Below, piece after piece: positions 1-8,078 of a stretch of 64,000 bases of DNA. The stretch comes from a virus (taxonomy: Duplodnaviria > Caudoviricetes). The stretch's first letter is position 1. Every line of letters starts with the position of its first letter. Under the pieces are notes generated by a model. The model was not told where the DNA came from. It worked only from the letters and a program-made list of their open reading frames with translations, and did no database searches. Position numbers and translations under genes: made by a program. The stretch is from the IMG/VR virus record IMGVR_UViG_3300025608_000722, positions 1 through 64,000 of that record; one strand, 5' to 3'.

Positions 1-521
1 TGAATATCCTTTCTAAGATTATGGACAAACTTGGAAGACGTCGAGTAATTACAGACAGAGACGGAAAGGTTCCATACCTTATCCGTTATTATGTGTTTTT
101 AAAAGAACGCAAGAACTTTCCTTTTAATGTTACACTACATAAAGTTCTTGTAAGTGACGAACCTACACTACATGATCATCCATGGGGTTACGCAACTTTT
201 ATCCTTAAAGGTGGTTATTGGGAACATATTCCAATCCGTTCTAAAGAAGGTGCAGTTGTTGGTAGTACAAAAGTTTGGAGAGGTCCTGGACATTTTAGAA
301 TGAGAAGTGCAGACGATCTACATTGGTTAGAGCTTGCTAAAGATGCGGATGGTAATGAAATTCCTTGCTGGAGTTTGTTCTTTATGGGACGCAAACAAAA
401 GGAATGGGGCTTTGTTCGTTTTGTACATACAACAAAAGTAGAAAACATTGCTGATGCAGGATACCGTTGGATCCACAATGAAGAATATCTTGCTAGAGGA
501 GCAAAAGTAGACAATGAGTAA
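1..521 (+). CDS. Cupin-fold hypothetical phage protein (true start probably 1 nt before the window)
   Basis: HDHPW...G.Y.E and 'DDLHWLEL' cupin-like metal motifs; the frame is open back to position 1 ('tg aat atc...'), suggesting an ATG at 0-2. Confidence 0.6.
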   Translation, partial: NILSKIMDKLGRRRVITDRDGKVPYLIRYYVFLKERKNFPFNVTLHKVLVSDEPTLHDHPWGYATFILKGGYWEHIPIRSKEGAVVGSTKVWRGPGHFRMRSADDLHWLELAKDADGNEIPCWSLFFMGRKQKEWGFVRFVHTTKVENIADAGYRWIHNEEYLARGAKVDNE

Positions 522-807
522 CTATTATACTTTGCCTACTAACACTCCTATCTTCAATAGTATTAGTTCTGATCAAACTGTCTTCATTGAAGACAGCACA
601 TTTCCTGTAGAGCATACTCTTACTGTAGAAGGTCGTGCTATTGTACAAGGTAGAGACATTCTAAATGAACTTGACGAAATGCGTGATGCTCTGTTATTAT
701 TAAAGCGTGACGTAGAAATGGAAGCAAAGTATCCTAAGTTGCGAGAACTAAAGGATGCTTACGAAGCACAACTTGAGAAGTATAAAACTTGGGAGGCACT
801 AAAGTAA
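514..807 (+). CDS. Hypothetical protein, helical C-terminus
   Basis: ORF overlapping the previous stop; TAATG coupling to the next gene. Confidence 0.6.
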   Translation: MSNYYTLPTNTPIFNSISSDQTVFIEDSTFPVEHTLTVEGRAIVQGRDILNELDEMRDALLLLKRDVEMEAKYPKLRELKDAYEAQLEKYKTWEALK

Positions 808-1016
808 TGCAACACACTATACAAGAATTAATGGATAAAATTAGTGCAATGCATGGATTGGCTGTGCAAGCACACAGAGAAAAATACAGAGCGGCTCCGG
901 GTGAGCCTTATGACGTAGATGGCGTTACAAATCTTGTAGAACAAATACAAGCACTGGCAGGCGACATCTATAATGATCGTACCATTCATCCTAAACTACA
1001 GGCGAAAAAGAAATGA
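807..1016 (+). CDS. Hypothetical protein
   Basis: TAATG overlap at 805-809 favours 807 as the start; GGAGG upstream; ATGA overlap downstream. Confidence 0.6.
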   Translation: MQHTIQELMDKISAMHGLAVQAHREKYRAAPGEPYDVDGVTNLVEQIQALAGDIYNDRTIHPKLQAKKK

Positions 1017-1561
1017 TTAAAAAACACTATTATAGTTGGCAAGACGTAGAACGTATGTGCGTCAGCATTGTCAATCAAATGTACAAAGACAACTGGCGTC
1101 CTGATTATATTGTAGGTCTTACACGTGGTGGTAACGTGCCGGCTACTATTATTAGTAACATGACAGGTATTCGTTGTGAAGCACTAAAAGTTAGTCTGCG
1201 TGACGATGATAGCCATTGTGAAAGCAACTGTTGGATGGCTGAAGATGCGTTTGGTTATGTTTATAAAGATGAAGATAAAATTACCGGCGGGCCTTTAGAA
1301 AAGAAAATCCTTATTGTAGATGACATCAACGATACTGGTGCTACATTTAACTGGATCAAACAAGATTGGCAAAGCGGTTGTTTACCTAACGATCCTAAAT
1401 GGGAACGTATATGGGGTAACAATGTTCGCATTGCAGTTCTAACAGATAACATGGCTAGTGAAACTGTTTTGCCTATTAGTTATTCGTGTCACGAAATTAA
1501 TAAAGCCGAAGAAGACGTTTGGCTTGTTTACCCTTGGGAGAATGTAGGTACATATGATTGA
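1013..1561 (+). CDS. Type I phosphoribosyltransferase (purine PRTase, Gpt-like)
   Basis: 'IVGLTRGG', PRPP loop 'LIVDDINDTGAT', C-terminal 'WLVYPWE'. Confidence 0.85.
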   Translation: MIKKHYYSWQDVERMCVSIVNQMYKDNWRPDYIVGLTRGGNVPATIISNMTGIRCEALKVSLRDDDSHCESNCWMAEDAFGYVYKDEDKITGGPLEKKILIVDDINDTGATFNWIKQDWQSGCLPNDPKWERIWGNNVRIAVLTDNMASETVLPISYSCHEINKAEEDVWLVYPWENVGTYD

Positions 1562-2138
1562 AAAACAATATATATTTCCAACACAAGTTTTCCGAGCAGT
1601 GTACGATAATGCACAAGAATTGCAAAAGAAACTTGTTCCTGAATTCCTAGCTAGAGAAAAAAGCGATGTAAGTCCTGTTAGATATAGTGCTAACGGTTAT
1701 ACTTCATACGGCAGTAACAGTGACGTTCTTAACGATCCGTTACTAGAAGATTTAAAAGGGTTTGTTGACCTGTGCGTACAGCATTGTCATAAAGAAACTA
1801 AATTAGCAGGTACACCTAAATTGGCGGCAAGTTGGTTTAGTATTAACCGCAAATACACTTACCACGAAGAACACAACCATTTACCGGACTTGTGGAGTGG
1901 TGTGTACTATGTTCAAGCAGATCAAGATCATCCTGGACTTACACTTGTAAATGGTAATCAAAAAGCAAATTGGCCTAAGAGCGGTATTACCGATCTTAGT
2001 GAATCAAACTCACCCACTGTAACTTGTGCGGCAGCAACTGGATCATTAATTATTTTTCCTAGTTATCTATGGCACAAAGTAGAACAACAAATGGTAGACA
2101 AAGAAAGAATTACGGTAGCATTTAATTATGGAATTTAA
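1554..2138 (+). CDS. 2OG-Fe(II) oxygenase-like protein (TIGR02466-type)
   Basis: 'HEEHNH', 'WSGVYYVQ', 'IIFPSYLWHKVE', 'RITVAFN'. Confidence 0.8.
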   Translation: MIEKQYIFPTQVFRAVYDNAQELQKKLVPEFLAREKSDVSPVRYSANGYTSYGSNSDVLNDPLLEDLKGFVDLCVQHCHKETKLAGTPKLAASWFSINRKYTYHEEHNHLPDLWSGVYYVQADQDHPGLTLVNGNQKANWPKSGITDLSESNSPTVTCAAATGSLIIFPSYLWHKVEQQMVDKERITVAFNYGI

Positions 2139-2526
2139 AGATATACCTTGGACTGATGTTCTTATTGACACTAAGGATTACGTAGTATTTAAAGATGGTT
2201 ATCCTGTTACTGAAGGACATATCCTCTTTGTGCCTAAACAACAAAATTGGCAATCACTGACCAAGTGTTTTGAAACGGCATACAAATGGGGATACGATTG
2301 GGTTGAACGTGGATACTGCGATGCGTTTAATATCGGACAAAACGTTGGAGAAGCCGCTGGTCAAACTGTTATGTGGCCGCACGTACATTTAATTCCAAGA
2401 CGCAAAGGCGATATGGATGATCCACGTGGCGGTGTTAGACATGTTATTCCAGAAAAAGGAAACTACAAAAAAGACACTGTTGAACTTGAAGACTTAGAAG
2501 ATGTTGTACACGGAAGCGGATGTTAA
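2128..2526 (+). CDS. HIT family nucleotide hydrolase
   Basis: 'YPVTEGHILFVPK', 'GEAAGQTV', histidine-triad-like 'HVHLIPR'. Confidence 0.9.
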   Translation: MEFKDIPWTDVLIDTKDYVVFKDGYPVTEGHILFVPKQQNWQSLTKCFETAYKWGYDWVERGYCDAFNIGQNVGEAAGQTVMWPHVHLIPRRKGDMDDPRGGVRHVIPEKGNYKKDTVELEDLEDVVHGSGC

Positions 2527-3341
2527 TGAGTAGAACACTTTTTATCGGTGATAGTCACGCTCACGGTTATTATGAAATTGATAAAACTATTTCAGCTTGG
2601 CAGGATAACAACTATGCCGAAATATATGCTAAAGCACATAATAAGCAGGTTGTAATTTATAGCCAACCGGGCGGTTGTAATAGAAAGTATCCTGCTTGGA
2701 TCAAATCAATGTTTGATCGCTATGATGACATTGACGAAGTATTTGTACAAAGCACATACTGGAATCGATTCTTACTATCATGTTCTCGTAATTTAGATGT
2801 AGGCGAAACAACTAACGTAGATTTATATCTCGATAATGATCAACCCAAAGACAATCTAATTGATAGATATACTGATCATAGAGTAACTGAAAACTACATC
2901 GAAATGATCGACCAGGTTCGACAAGAGAACTATGAAGATTTTAAAGGCTTTGCATTTAATGATATGGAAGTTACACCCGATTGGGCACCTTTCCACGAAA
3001 AGTACATTTATACTAAACTATGGCACGAGCTTGTAACACCGTTGCAATATAAAGATTACTGCCTAGATTTACTAGCAATTGATACAATGTGTGCAAGACG
3101 TGATATTAAATGGTATCAATGGTCAATTAATAACCGTGTATTTGTTCCTGAAAATATCGAATTATACGGTAACTTTGCCGCAGGAACTAAAGCAAAAACA
3201 TCTGCAGAAGGGTTCTTGCAGTTAGTGAAAGGTATTAATATTGAAACAGATAAACACCGCTTAGACGGTGAGCACTATACTACTGAAATACACAAACTAA
3301 TTGCAACAGAATATCTTACATATTTGAAAGAAAAAGGTTGA
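2526..3341 (+). CDS. SGNH/GDSL-hydrolase-like protein
   Basis: N-terminal 'FIGDSH' and C-terminal 'DGEHY' (DxxH); TAATG coupling at 2524-2528. Confidence 0.6.
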   Translation: MSRTLFIGDSHAHGYYEIDKTISAWQDNNYAEIYAKAHNKQVVIYSQPGGCNRKYPAWIKSMFDRYDDIDEVFVQSTYWNRFLLSCSRNLDVGETTNVDLYLDNDQPKDNLIDRYTDHRVTENYIEMIDQVRQENYEDFKGFAFNDMEVTPDWAPFHEKYIYTKLWHELVTPLQYKDYCLDLLAIDTMCARRDIKWYQWSINNRVFVPENIELYGNFAAGTKAKTSAEGFLQLVKGINIETDKHRLDGEHYTTEIHKLIATEYLTYLKEKG

Positions 3342-3366
3342 CACAGACCTAAATAACGTATATAAT
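3338..3366 (+). promoter_or_regulatory. Consensus sigma70 promoter for folE-queE
   Basis: TTGACA(3338-43), 17-bp spacer, TATAAT(3361-66); TAAATA at 3350-55 lies in the spacer. Confidence 0.9.
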
Positions 3367-3411
3367 AAACAGTATATTTGGCAATCCACTGCCTTAACAT
3401 CGGAGAAGTAT

Positions 3412-4095
3412 ATGAGTAAAGTAGAACAAATTAAAGCCAGACTAGAAGACGCAAAGGTGCGTTACTGGGCAGGCGATAATATTAGTCACGTATTACAAAA
3501 AGGTGACAAACAAGAACTTATTGAAGAAGCTACTGTAGCATTTCAAGGTGTACTAGATACACTACTAATTGATCAAGTAAATGATCCTAATTCACAAGGT
3601 ACAGCAAGACGTCTTGCTAAAATGTACTACAATGAATTAATGGCAGGACGTTATGATCCTATGCCTAGCGCAACAGCATTTCCCAATGATAGCGATGAAC
3701 GTTATGAAGGAATGCTTGTAGTCCGTTCAGAACTTAAAAGTGTGTGTTCACATCACCACCAGCCAGTATCAGGTGTTGCATACATTGGTATTATTGCCGC
3801 AGACAAACTAATTGGTCTAAGCAAGTACACACGTATTGCACAGTGGTGTGCTAGACGTGGAACACTACAAGAAGAACTTGCAAATGATATTGCACGTGAG
3901 ATTCAAACTGCAACAGGTGCAGAAAATTTAGGTGTTTACATTCAAGCAACACATGGTTGTTGTGAGAATCGTGGTATTATGGCTAATAGCAGTCTTACAC
4001 AGACAACTGTATTGCGTGGATCTTTTAAAGATGATGCAGGTACAAAGAAAGAGTTCTTTGACAACATTAAGCTACAACAGGAGTTTGCACGATGA
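3412..4095 (+). CDS. folE: GTP cyclohydrolase I
   Basis: 'SVCSHHH', 'GLSKYTRI', 'QEEL', 'HGCCENRG' Zn-ligand motifs; SD GGAGA. Confidence 0.95.
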   Translation: MSKVEQIKARLEDAKVRYWAGDNISHVLQKGDKQELIEEATVAFQGVLDTLLIDQVNDPNSQGTARRLAKMYYNELMAGRYDPMPSATAFPNDSDERYEGMLVVRSELKSVCSHHHQPVSGVAYIGIIAADKLIGLSKYTRIAQWCARRGTLQEELANDIAREIQTATGAENLGVYIQATHGCCENRGIMANSSLTQTTVLRGSFKDDAGTKKEFFDNIKLQQEFAR

Positions 4096-4181
4096 ACAGC
4101 TATGTTGAAAGTATTTGTCGAGGTCTATTAATCGGCTCAACTGTAGTAGTTGTGCTAACCTATTTGAAAGGAGCATTTTAA
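4092..4181 (+). CDS. 29-aa hydrophobic small ORF (MNSYVESICRGLLIGSTVVVVLTYLKGAF), not in the ORF track
   Basis: ATGA overlap with the folE stop and TAATG overlap with the queE start; fills the gap exactly. Confidence 0.65.
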   Translation: MNSYVESICRGLLIGSTVVVVLTYLKGAF

Positions 4182-5074
4182 TGAAATTACGCTACAGTGA
4201 AGCCTTTTACAGTGTGCAAGGCGAAGGCAAATATGTAGGTGTACCTAGTGTATTCCTGCGCACATTCGGTTGTAACTTTCGTTGCATGAACTTTGGTTTA
4301 AAGAATGAACCTATGCGAGACGAAAAGCAAAAGGCAGGCATTATTCGAAATGCCGAAGTACAAAGATTGCTTGACGCAGACGTACACAAGACTACAAAAG
4401 AATTTAACGATTTACCTATTATACATACAGGTTGTGATACTTATGCTAGTATCTATCCAGAATTCAAGCACTTTAATAAACAAGCAGACGTTGAAGAAGT
4501 GGTTGAACATCTGCTGTCACTTACTCCAGAAGGTAAGTGGACAATGGATAATGGACAAGATATCCATTTGATTATGACAGGTGGTGAACCGTTGTTAGCG
4601 TGGCAACGACTTTACGTAGAGCTGTTTGAACATCCACGTATGCGAGACCTTAAAAATGTTACATTTGAAACAAACACTACACAGAAATTACACGAAGATT
4701 TCTACAACTATCTTAACAACCAAGACAGATTTACAGTCACGTGGTCTTGTTCCCCAAAACTTAGTGTTAGCGGAGAACCTTGGGATACTGCTATCCTGCC
4801 TAATGTCGCTCATCAGTATAGTACTGTTAACGGCAGTGACATTTATCTCAAGTTTGTTGTCGCTAATCAAGACGATTTTGACGAAGTTGGCAGGGCTGTG
4901 GACGCTTACAGAAGTGCCGGGGTGGAATGTCCGGTATATCTTATGCCGCTGGGCGGACGCAGTGAAGAATATTCCCTCAATGTTAAAGACGTGGCGGAAG
5001 CCTGTATGGAACGAGGATGGCGATTCACACCAAGACTCCACATATCTTTATTCGGAAATGCATGGGGGACCTAA
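4181..5074 (+). CDS. queE: 7-carboxy-7-deazaguanine synthase (radical SAM)
   Basis: 'EAFYSVQGEG', 'VFLRTFGCNFRC...GCDT', 'TGGEPL', 'FETN', 'CSPKL', 'PRLH'; SD AAGGAG before the ATG at 4181. Confidence 0.9.
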   Translation: MKLRYSEAFYSVQGEGKYVGVPSVFLRTFGCNFRCMNFGLKNEPMRDEKQKAGIIRNAEVQRLLDADVHKTTKEFNDLPIIHTGCDTYASIYPEFKHFNKQADVEEVVEHLLSLTPEGKWTMDNGQDIHLIMTGGEPLLAWQRLYVELFEHPRMRDLKNVTFETNTTQKLHEDFYNYLNNQDRFTVTWSCSPKLSVSGEPWDTAILPNVAHQYSTVNGSDIYLKFVVANQDDFDEVGRAVDAYRSAGVECPVYLMPLGGRSEEYSLNVKDVAEACMERGWRFTPRLHISLFGNAWGT

Positions 5075-5195
5075 GAAGTTGTACATGAACAAACAGCATG
5101 AACGTGCTATGACTGCTCCTATTAATCAAACAGATGTTGAAGAAGCAGAAGAAATTGAACAAAGAATGATTAGAGCAAGGGAGGCAGGATTATAA
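4656..5195 (+). CDS. Candidate overprinted gene in the +1 frame of queE (~179 aa); minimal alternative is a 36-aa ORF at 5085-5195
   Basis: Stop-free +1 frame from ~4621 to 5195, continuing past the queE stop and TAATG-coupled to the next gene; NTA codons are avoided before purines. Confidence 0.5.
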   Translation: MLHLKQTLHRNYTKISTTILTTKTDLQSRGLVPQNLVLAENLGILLSCLMSLISIVLLTAVTFISSLLSLIKTILTKLAGLWTLTEVPGWNVRYILCRWADAVKNIPSMLKTWRKPVWNEDGDSHQDSTYLYSEMHGGPKKLYMNKQHERAMTAPINQTDVEEAEEIEQRMIRAREAGL

Positions 5196-5590
5196 TGGGT
5201 TGGTGGAACAAACTAGTAAGAGATAAAACAGCAAAAGAAGCAGTCGAAGAGCCTGTGGTTGAAAAGACACAAGAAGAAATTCGTCGAGAAGTATTAGAAG
5301 CAGAAAAGCAATCTGCAACTGCTAAAGGCGAACCTTGGGTCGCTGTATTAGATACTAAAGTAAATCCTGAGAATATTCGAAACGGTTTCTTTGAACTTGA
5401 TTGGAACAATGAATTTATCGAACAACTTATTGATGCAGGATATCAAGGAGAAACTTCTGAGCAAATTGTTGATGCTTGGTTTCGAACCATTATTAATCAA
5501 ATGCTAGGCGAAGAAGGACTCGACACTAATCGAGGATCAGGATTTATTGATACAACTAAAATTAGTGAAGATAAAAGCGAAGTATCGTAA
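5195..5590 (+). CDS. Hypothetical acidic protein
   Basis: TAATG coupled on both sides; SD GGAGG. Confidence 0.7.
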   Translation: MGWWNKLVRDKTAKEAVEEPVVEKTQEEIRREVLEAEKQSATAKGEPWVAVLDTKVNPENIRNGFFELDWNNEFIEQLIDAGYQGETSEQIVDAWFRTIINQMLGEEGLDTNRGSGFIDTTKISEDKSEVS

Positions 5591-6036
5591 TGCGTGATGA
5601 TCTAATGGTACAACAACAAGTAGACAACGTATGGCAACATATGGTCGGCGTTATTTGTTTAAATCTAACTAATCGTAAACAAGTTAAAGCAGTACTACCT
5701 AAGTTCTTTGCTAAGTGGAATACACACGATAGCCTTGTACACGCAACACGCAGAGAGATTGAAGAAGTAATTGCACCATTAGGTATGAAGCACGTTCGAG
5801 CGGAAAGATTGTATCGAATGAGTGAACAGTTTAAAGACTGGGACGGTGAAGATGCTACAGATTTATATGGCATTGGTAAGTACGGTTCGGACAGTTATGA
5901 ACTGTTTTACAAGAAACGTATCCCTGAAAATGTAGGCGACCACGAACTAAAACGGTATATTGAGGAAGAGTTTTCACTTGACAATAACACCTGTATACTA
6001 TATAATAATACTATAAATGACACAATTAAGGCATAA
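5590..6036 (+). CDS. HhH-GPD DNA glycosylase, MBD4-like
   Basis: 'WQHMVGVICLNLT', HhH 'LYGIGKYGSDSY', catalytic-Asp motif 'GDHELKRY'. Confidence 0.8.
   Translation: MRDDLMVQQQVDNVWQHMVGVICLNLTNRKQVKAVLPKFFAKWNTHDSLVHATRREIEEVIAPLGMKHVRAERLYRMSEQFKDWDGEDATDLYGIGKYGSDSYELFYKKRIPENVGDHELKRYIEEEFSLDNNTCILYNNTINDTIKA
5978..6006 (+). promoter_or_regulatory. Consensus sigma70 promoter embedded in the 3' end of the glycosylase gene, driving RNase H
   Basis: TTGACA(5978-83), 17-bp spacer, TATAAT(6001-06). Confidence 0.9.
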
Positions 6037-6039
6037 ACA

Positions 6040-7044
6040 ATGGCAACATATATTTTAATAGATACAGCAAATACTTTCTTTAGAGCTCGTCACGTTGTAC
6101 GTGGCGATATCGATACGAAGGTAGGTATGGCATTTCATATTACGCTAAATAGTATCAAGAAAGCATGGAATGACTTTGATGGTGATCATGTTATTTTTTG
6201 TTTAGAAGGACGTAGTTGGCGTAAAGACTATTATGCTCCTTACAAGCGCAATCGACAAGAAACACGAGATGCACTTACTCCTGCACAACAAGAAGAAGAT
6301 ACAATTTTTTGGGAAATGTTTGACGAGTTTAAAAACTTTGTTACTGTAAAGACTAATTGTACAGTTATGCAACATCCGCAACTAGAAGCAGATGATTTGA
6401 TTGCAGGCTGGGTACAAGCACATCCTAATGACAATCATATTATCATTAGTACAGACGGTGACTTTGCACAACTTATTTCACCTAATGTAAAGCAGTACAA
6501 TGGTGTTAGCAACACTACTATTACACACGAAGGTTACTTTGATGACAAAGGTCGCCCTGTAATTGACAAAAAAACTAAAGAGCCTAAGCCTGCACCTGAT
6601 CCTGCATTTATGCTGTTTGAAAAGTGTATGCGTGGCGACACTAGTGACAATGTGTTTAGTGCGTATCCAGGTGTACGTACAAAAGGTACAAAGAACAAGG
6701 TTGGTCTTACAGAAGCATTTGAAGATAAGAGTACAAAAGGTTATAACTGGAATAATATGATGCTACAGCGTTGGGTAGATCACAACGGTGAAGAGCATCG
6801 TGTACTAGATGATTACAACCGCAATGTTGTATTATGTGATTTGTCTGCACAACCTGCAGAGATTAGAGAGATAATTAATAACACTATTGCAGAAAATGCA
6901 AAGCCTAAGCAAGTATCTCAAGTCGGATTGCATCTTATGAAATTCTGTGCAAAACACGATATGCAACGTATTGCTGATAACATTCAACTATATGCCGATG
7001 CATTAAATGCAAAATATACTATAATGGAGCCAATATATGATTAA
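6040..7044 (+). CDS. rnh: T4-type RNase H / 5'-3' exonuclease
   Basis: 'LIDTAN', 'EGRSWRKDYY..YKRNR', 'EADDLIA', 'STDGDFAQL', 'GDTSDNV'. Confidence 0.9.
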   Translation: MATYILIDTANTFFRARHVVRGDIDTKVGMAFHITLNSIKKAWNDFDGDHVIFCLEGRSWRKDYYAPYKRNRQETRDALTPAQQEEDTIFWEMFDEFKNFVTVKTNCTVMQHPQLEADDLIAGWVQAHPNDNHIIISTDGDFAQLISPNVKQYNGVSNTTITHEGYFDDKGRPVIDKKTKEPKPAPDPAFMLFEKCMRGDTSDNVFSAYPGVRTKGTKNKVGLTEAFEDKSTKGYNWNNMMLQRWVDHNGEEHRVLDDYNRNVVLCDLSAQPAEIREIINNTIAENAKPKQVSQVGLHLMKFCAKHDMQRIADNIQLYADALNAKYTIMEPIYD

Positions 7045-7513
7045 AGCAAAACCAATACTAAAAAATAAGTTTTGGATTATTGAATCTAATGGCGAACGTA
7101 TTGGTACACTATCTAAAGAAGAAGATAAAAGATATATGTACAGTTGTTCAACAGGGACAGAATATTTTAATGATACTAAATCTTTTAACAGTTATATCGG
7201 TGGTGCAAGTTGGGATAAAACAACTATCTCAGATGGTAGTAAGGCTGACAGGGAAATCCACGGATTTGCTACAAGTGGTACACCATATAATGTAATGTAC
7301 AATGTACAAAAGAAATTGCCTCTTTTTACTAAAAGTAAAAAGTCAAAGAGCCTGTATGCGGCAGGATATTATATTATCAAATTTGATAAAGGCTGGGTTC
7401 GTAGTTTTTGTCCTAAGCTAGTTACACTTGAAAAATACGAATACAAAGGTCCTTTTAAAACAGACTTTACAATGAGACAGGAACTAAGTAATGCAAACAA
7501 ACGAGCCGATTAA
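7037..7513 (+). CDS. Hypothetical phage protein
   Basis: Overlapping, coupled ORF with normal codon usage. Confidence 0.7.
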   Translation: MIKAKPILKNKFWIIESNGERIGTLSKEEDKRYMYSCSTGTEYFNDTKSFNSYIGGASWDKTTISDGSKADREIHGFATSGTPYNVMYNVQKKLPLFTKSKKSKSLYAAGYYIIKFDKGWVRSFCPKLVTLEKYEYKGPFKTDFTMRQELSNANKRAD

Positions 7514-7736
7514 TACAGCACCTATACAACAGTTTGTTCAAATTGTTAAGAGTGCAGAACAAACTAATCAAAAAGAAATTCGTATACCGTTAGTACAAGC
7601 TAAAAATTTAGTCTATACTCTAACAACAGTTCTTGCAAATCAGCAGGGTCGATTAGAAAAACTTATTGTAGATAATCGATCAGGTAGTGACGAAGTTGTA
7701 ACAGTTACTATGGACGGCGGTTCTGGCTGGAAATAA
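7491..7736 (+). CDS. Hypothetical protein
   Basis: ORF overlapping the upstream stop; AGGA upstream. Confidence 0.6.
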   Translation: MQTNEPINTAPIQQFVQIVKSAEQTNQKEIRIPLVQAKNLVYTLTTVLANQQGRLEKLIVDNRSGSDEVVTVTMDGGSGWK

Positions 7737-7750
7737 CCGAGTATAAAAAG

Positions 7751-7790
7751 ATAAATATATACGTAGTTAATTTAAAGGATTACGTATATG
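7751..7790 (+). promoter_or_regulatory. T4-like late promoter with a start-codon-sequestering hairpin
   Basis: ATAAATA at 7751-57; ATATACGTA(7757-65) pairs with TACGTATAT(7781-89), which includes the AT of the ATG; SD is in the loop. Confidence 0.6.
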
Positions 7791-8078
7791 TCAAGACCAA
7801 AGCCAAAAATCATTTTAGAACACATAGATAAAGCATCTTACAAGTGTGAACAAGTCCTAAAAGCTGAAGCTATTTGGGCTGTATTTTATAACGGTGAGCC
7901 ATTTAATCTTAAAACATCTAATGCAATAACCAATTATCCGGGTCCTAAATATAAAAAAGTTTCCTTTAGTAATCCCGGACATGCACACAATCTAGCAAAA
8001 AAACTTAACGAAATGTTTAAAAGCGACGGCTTTCAAGTACACAGACTTGTACAAGGCGATGTTGTTACAGAAGAATGA
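7788..8078 (+). CDS. Hypothetical basic protein
   Basis: SD AAAGGA; ATGA coupling downstream. Confidence 0.75.
   Translation: MSRPKPKIILEHIDKASYKCEQVLKAEAIWAVFYNGEPFNLKTSNAITNYPGPKYKKVSFSNPGHAHNLAKKLNEMFKSDGFQVHRLVQGDVVTEE

Noticed and set aside
4115-4180. Upstream start for queE given in the ORF track
   Set aside because: The ATG at 4181 has an AAGGAG SD and TAATG coupling, and the upstream stretch is occupied by the 29-aa ORF
4688-5041. 117-aa antisense ORF in queE
   Set aside because: It is in register with the queE codons, so its openness follows from scarce TTA/CTA/TCA codons, a by-product of the NTA avoidance already described
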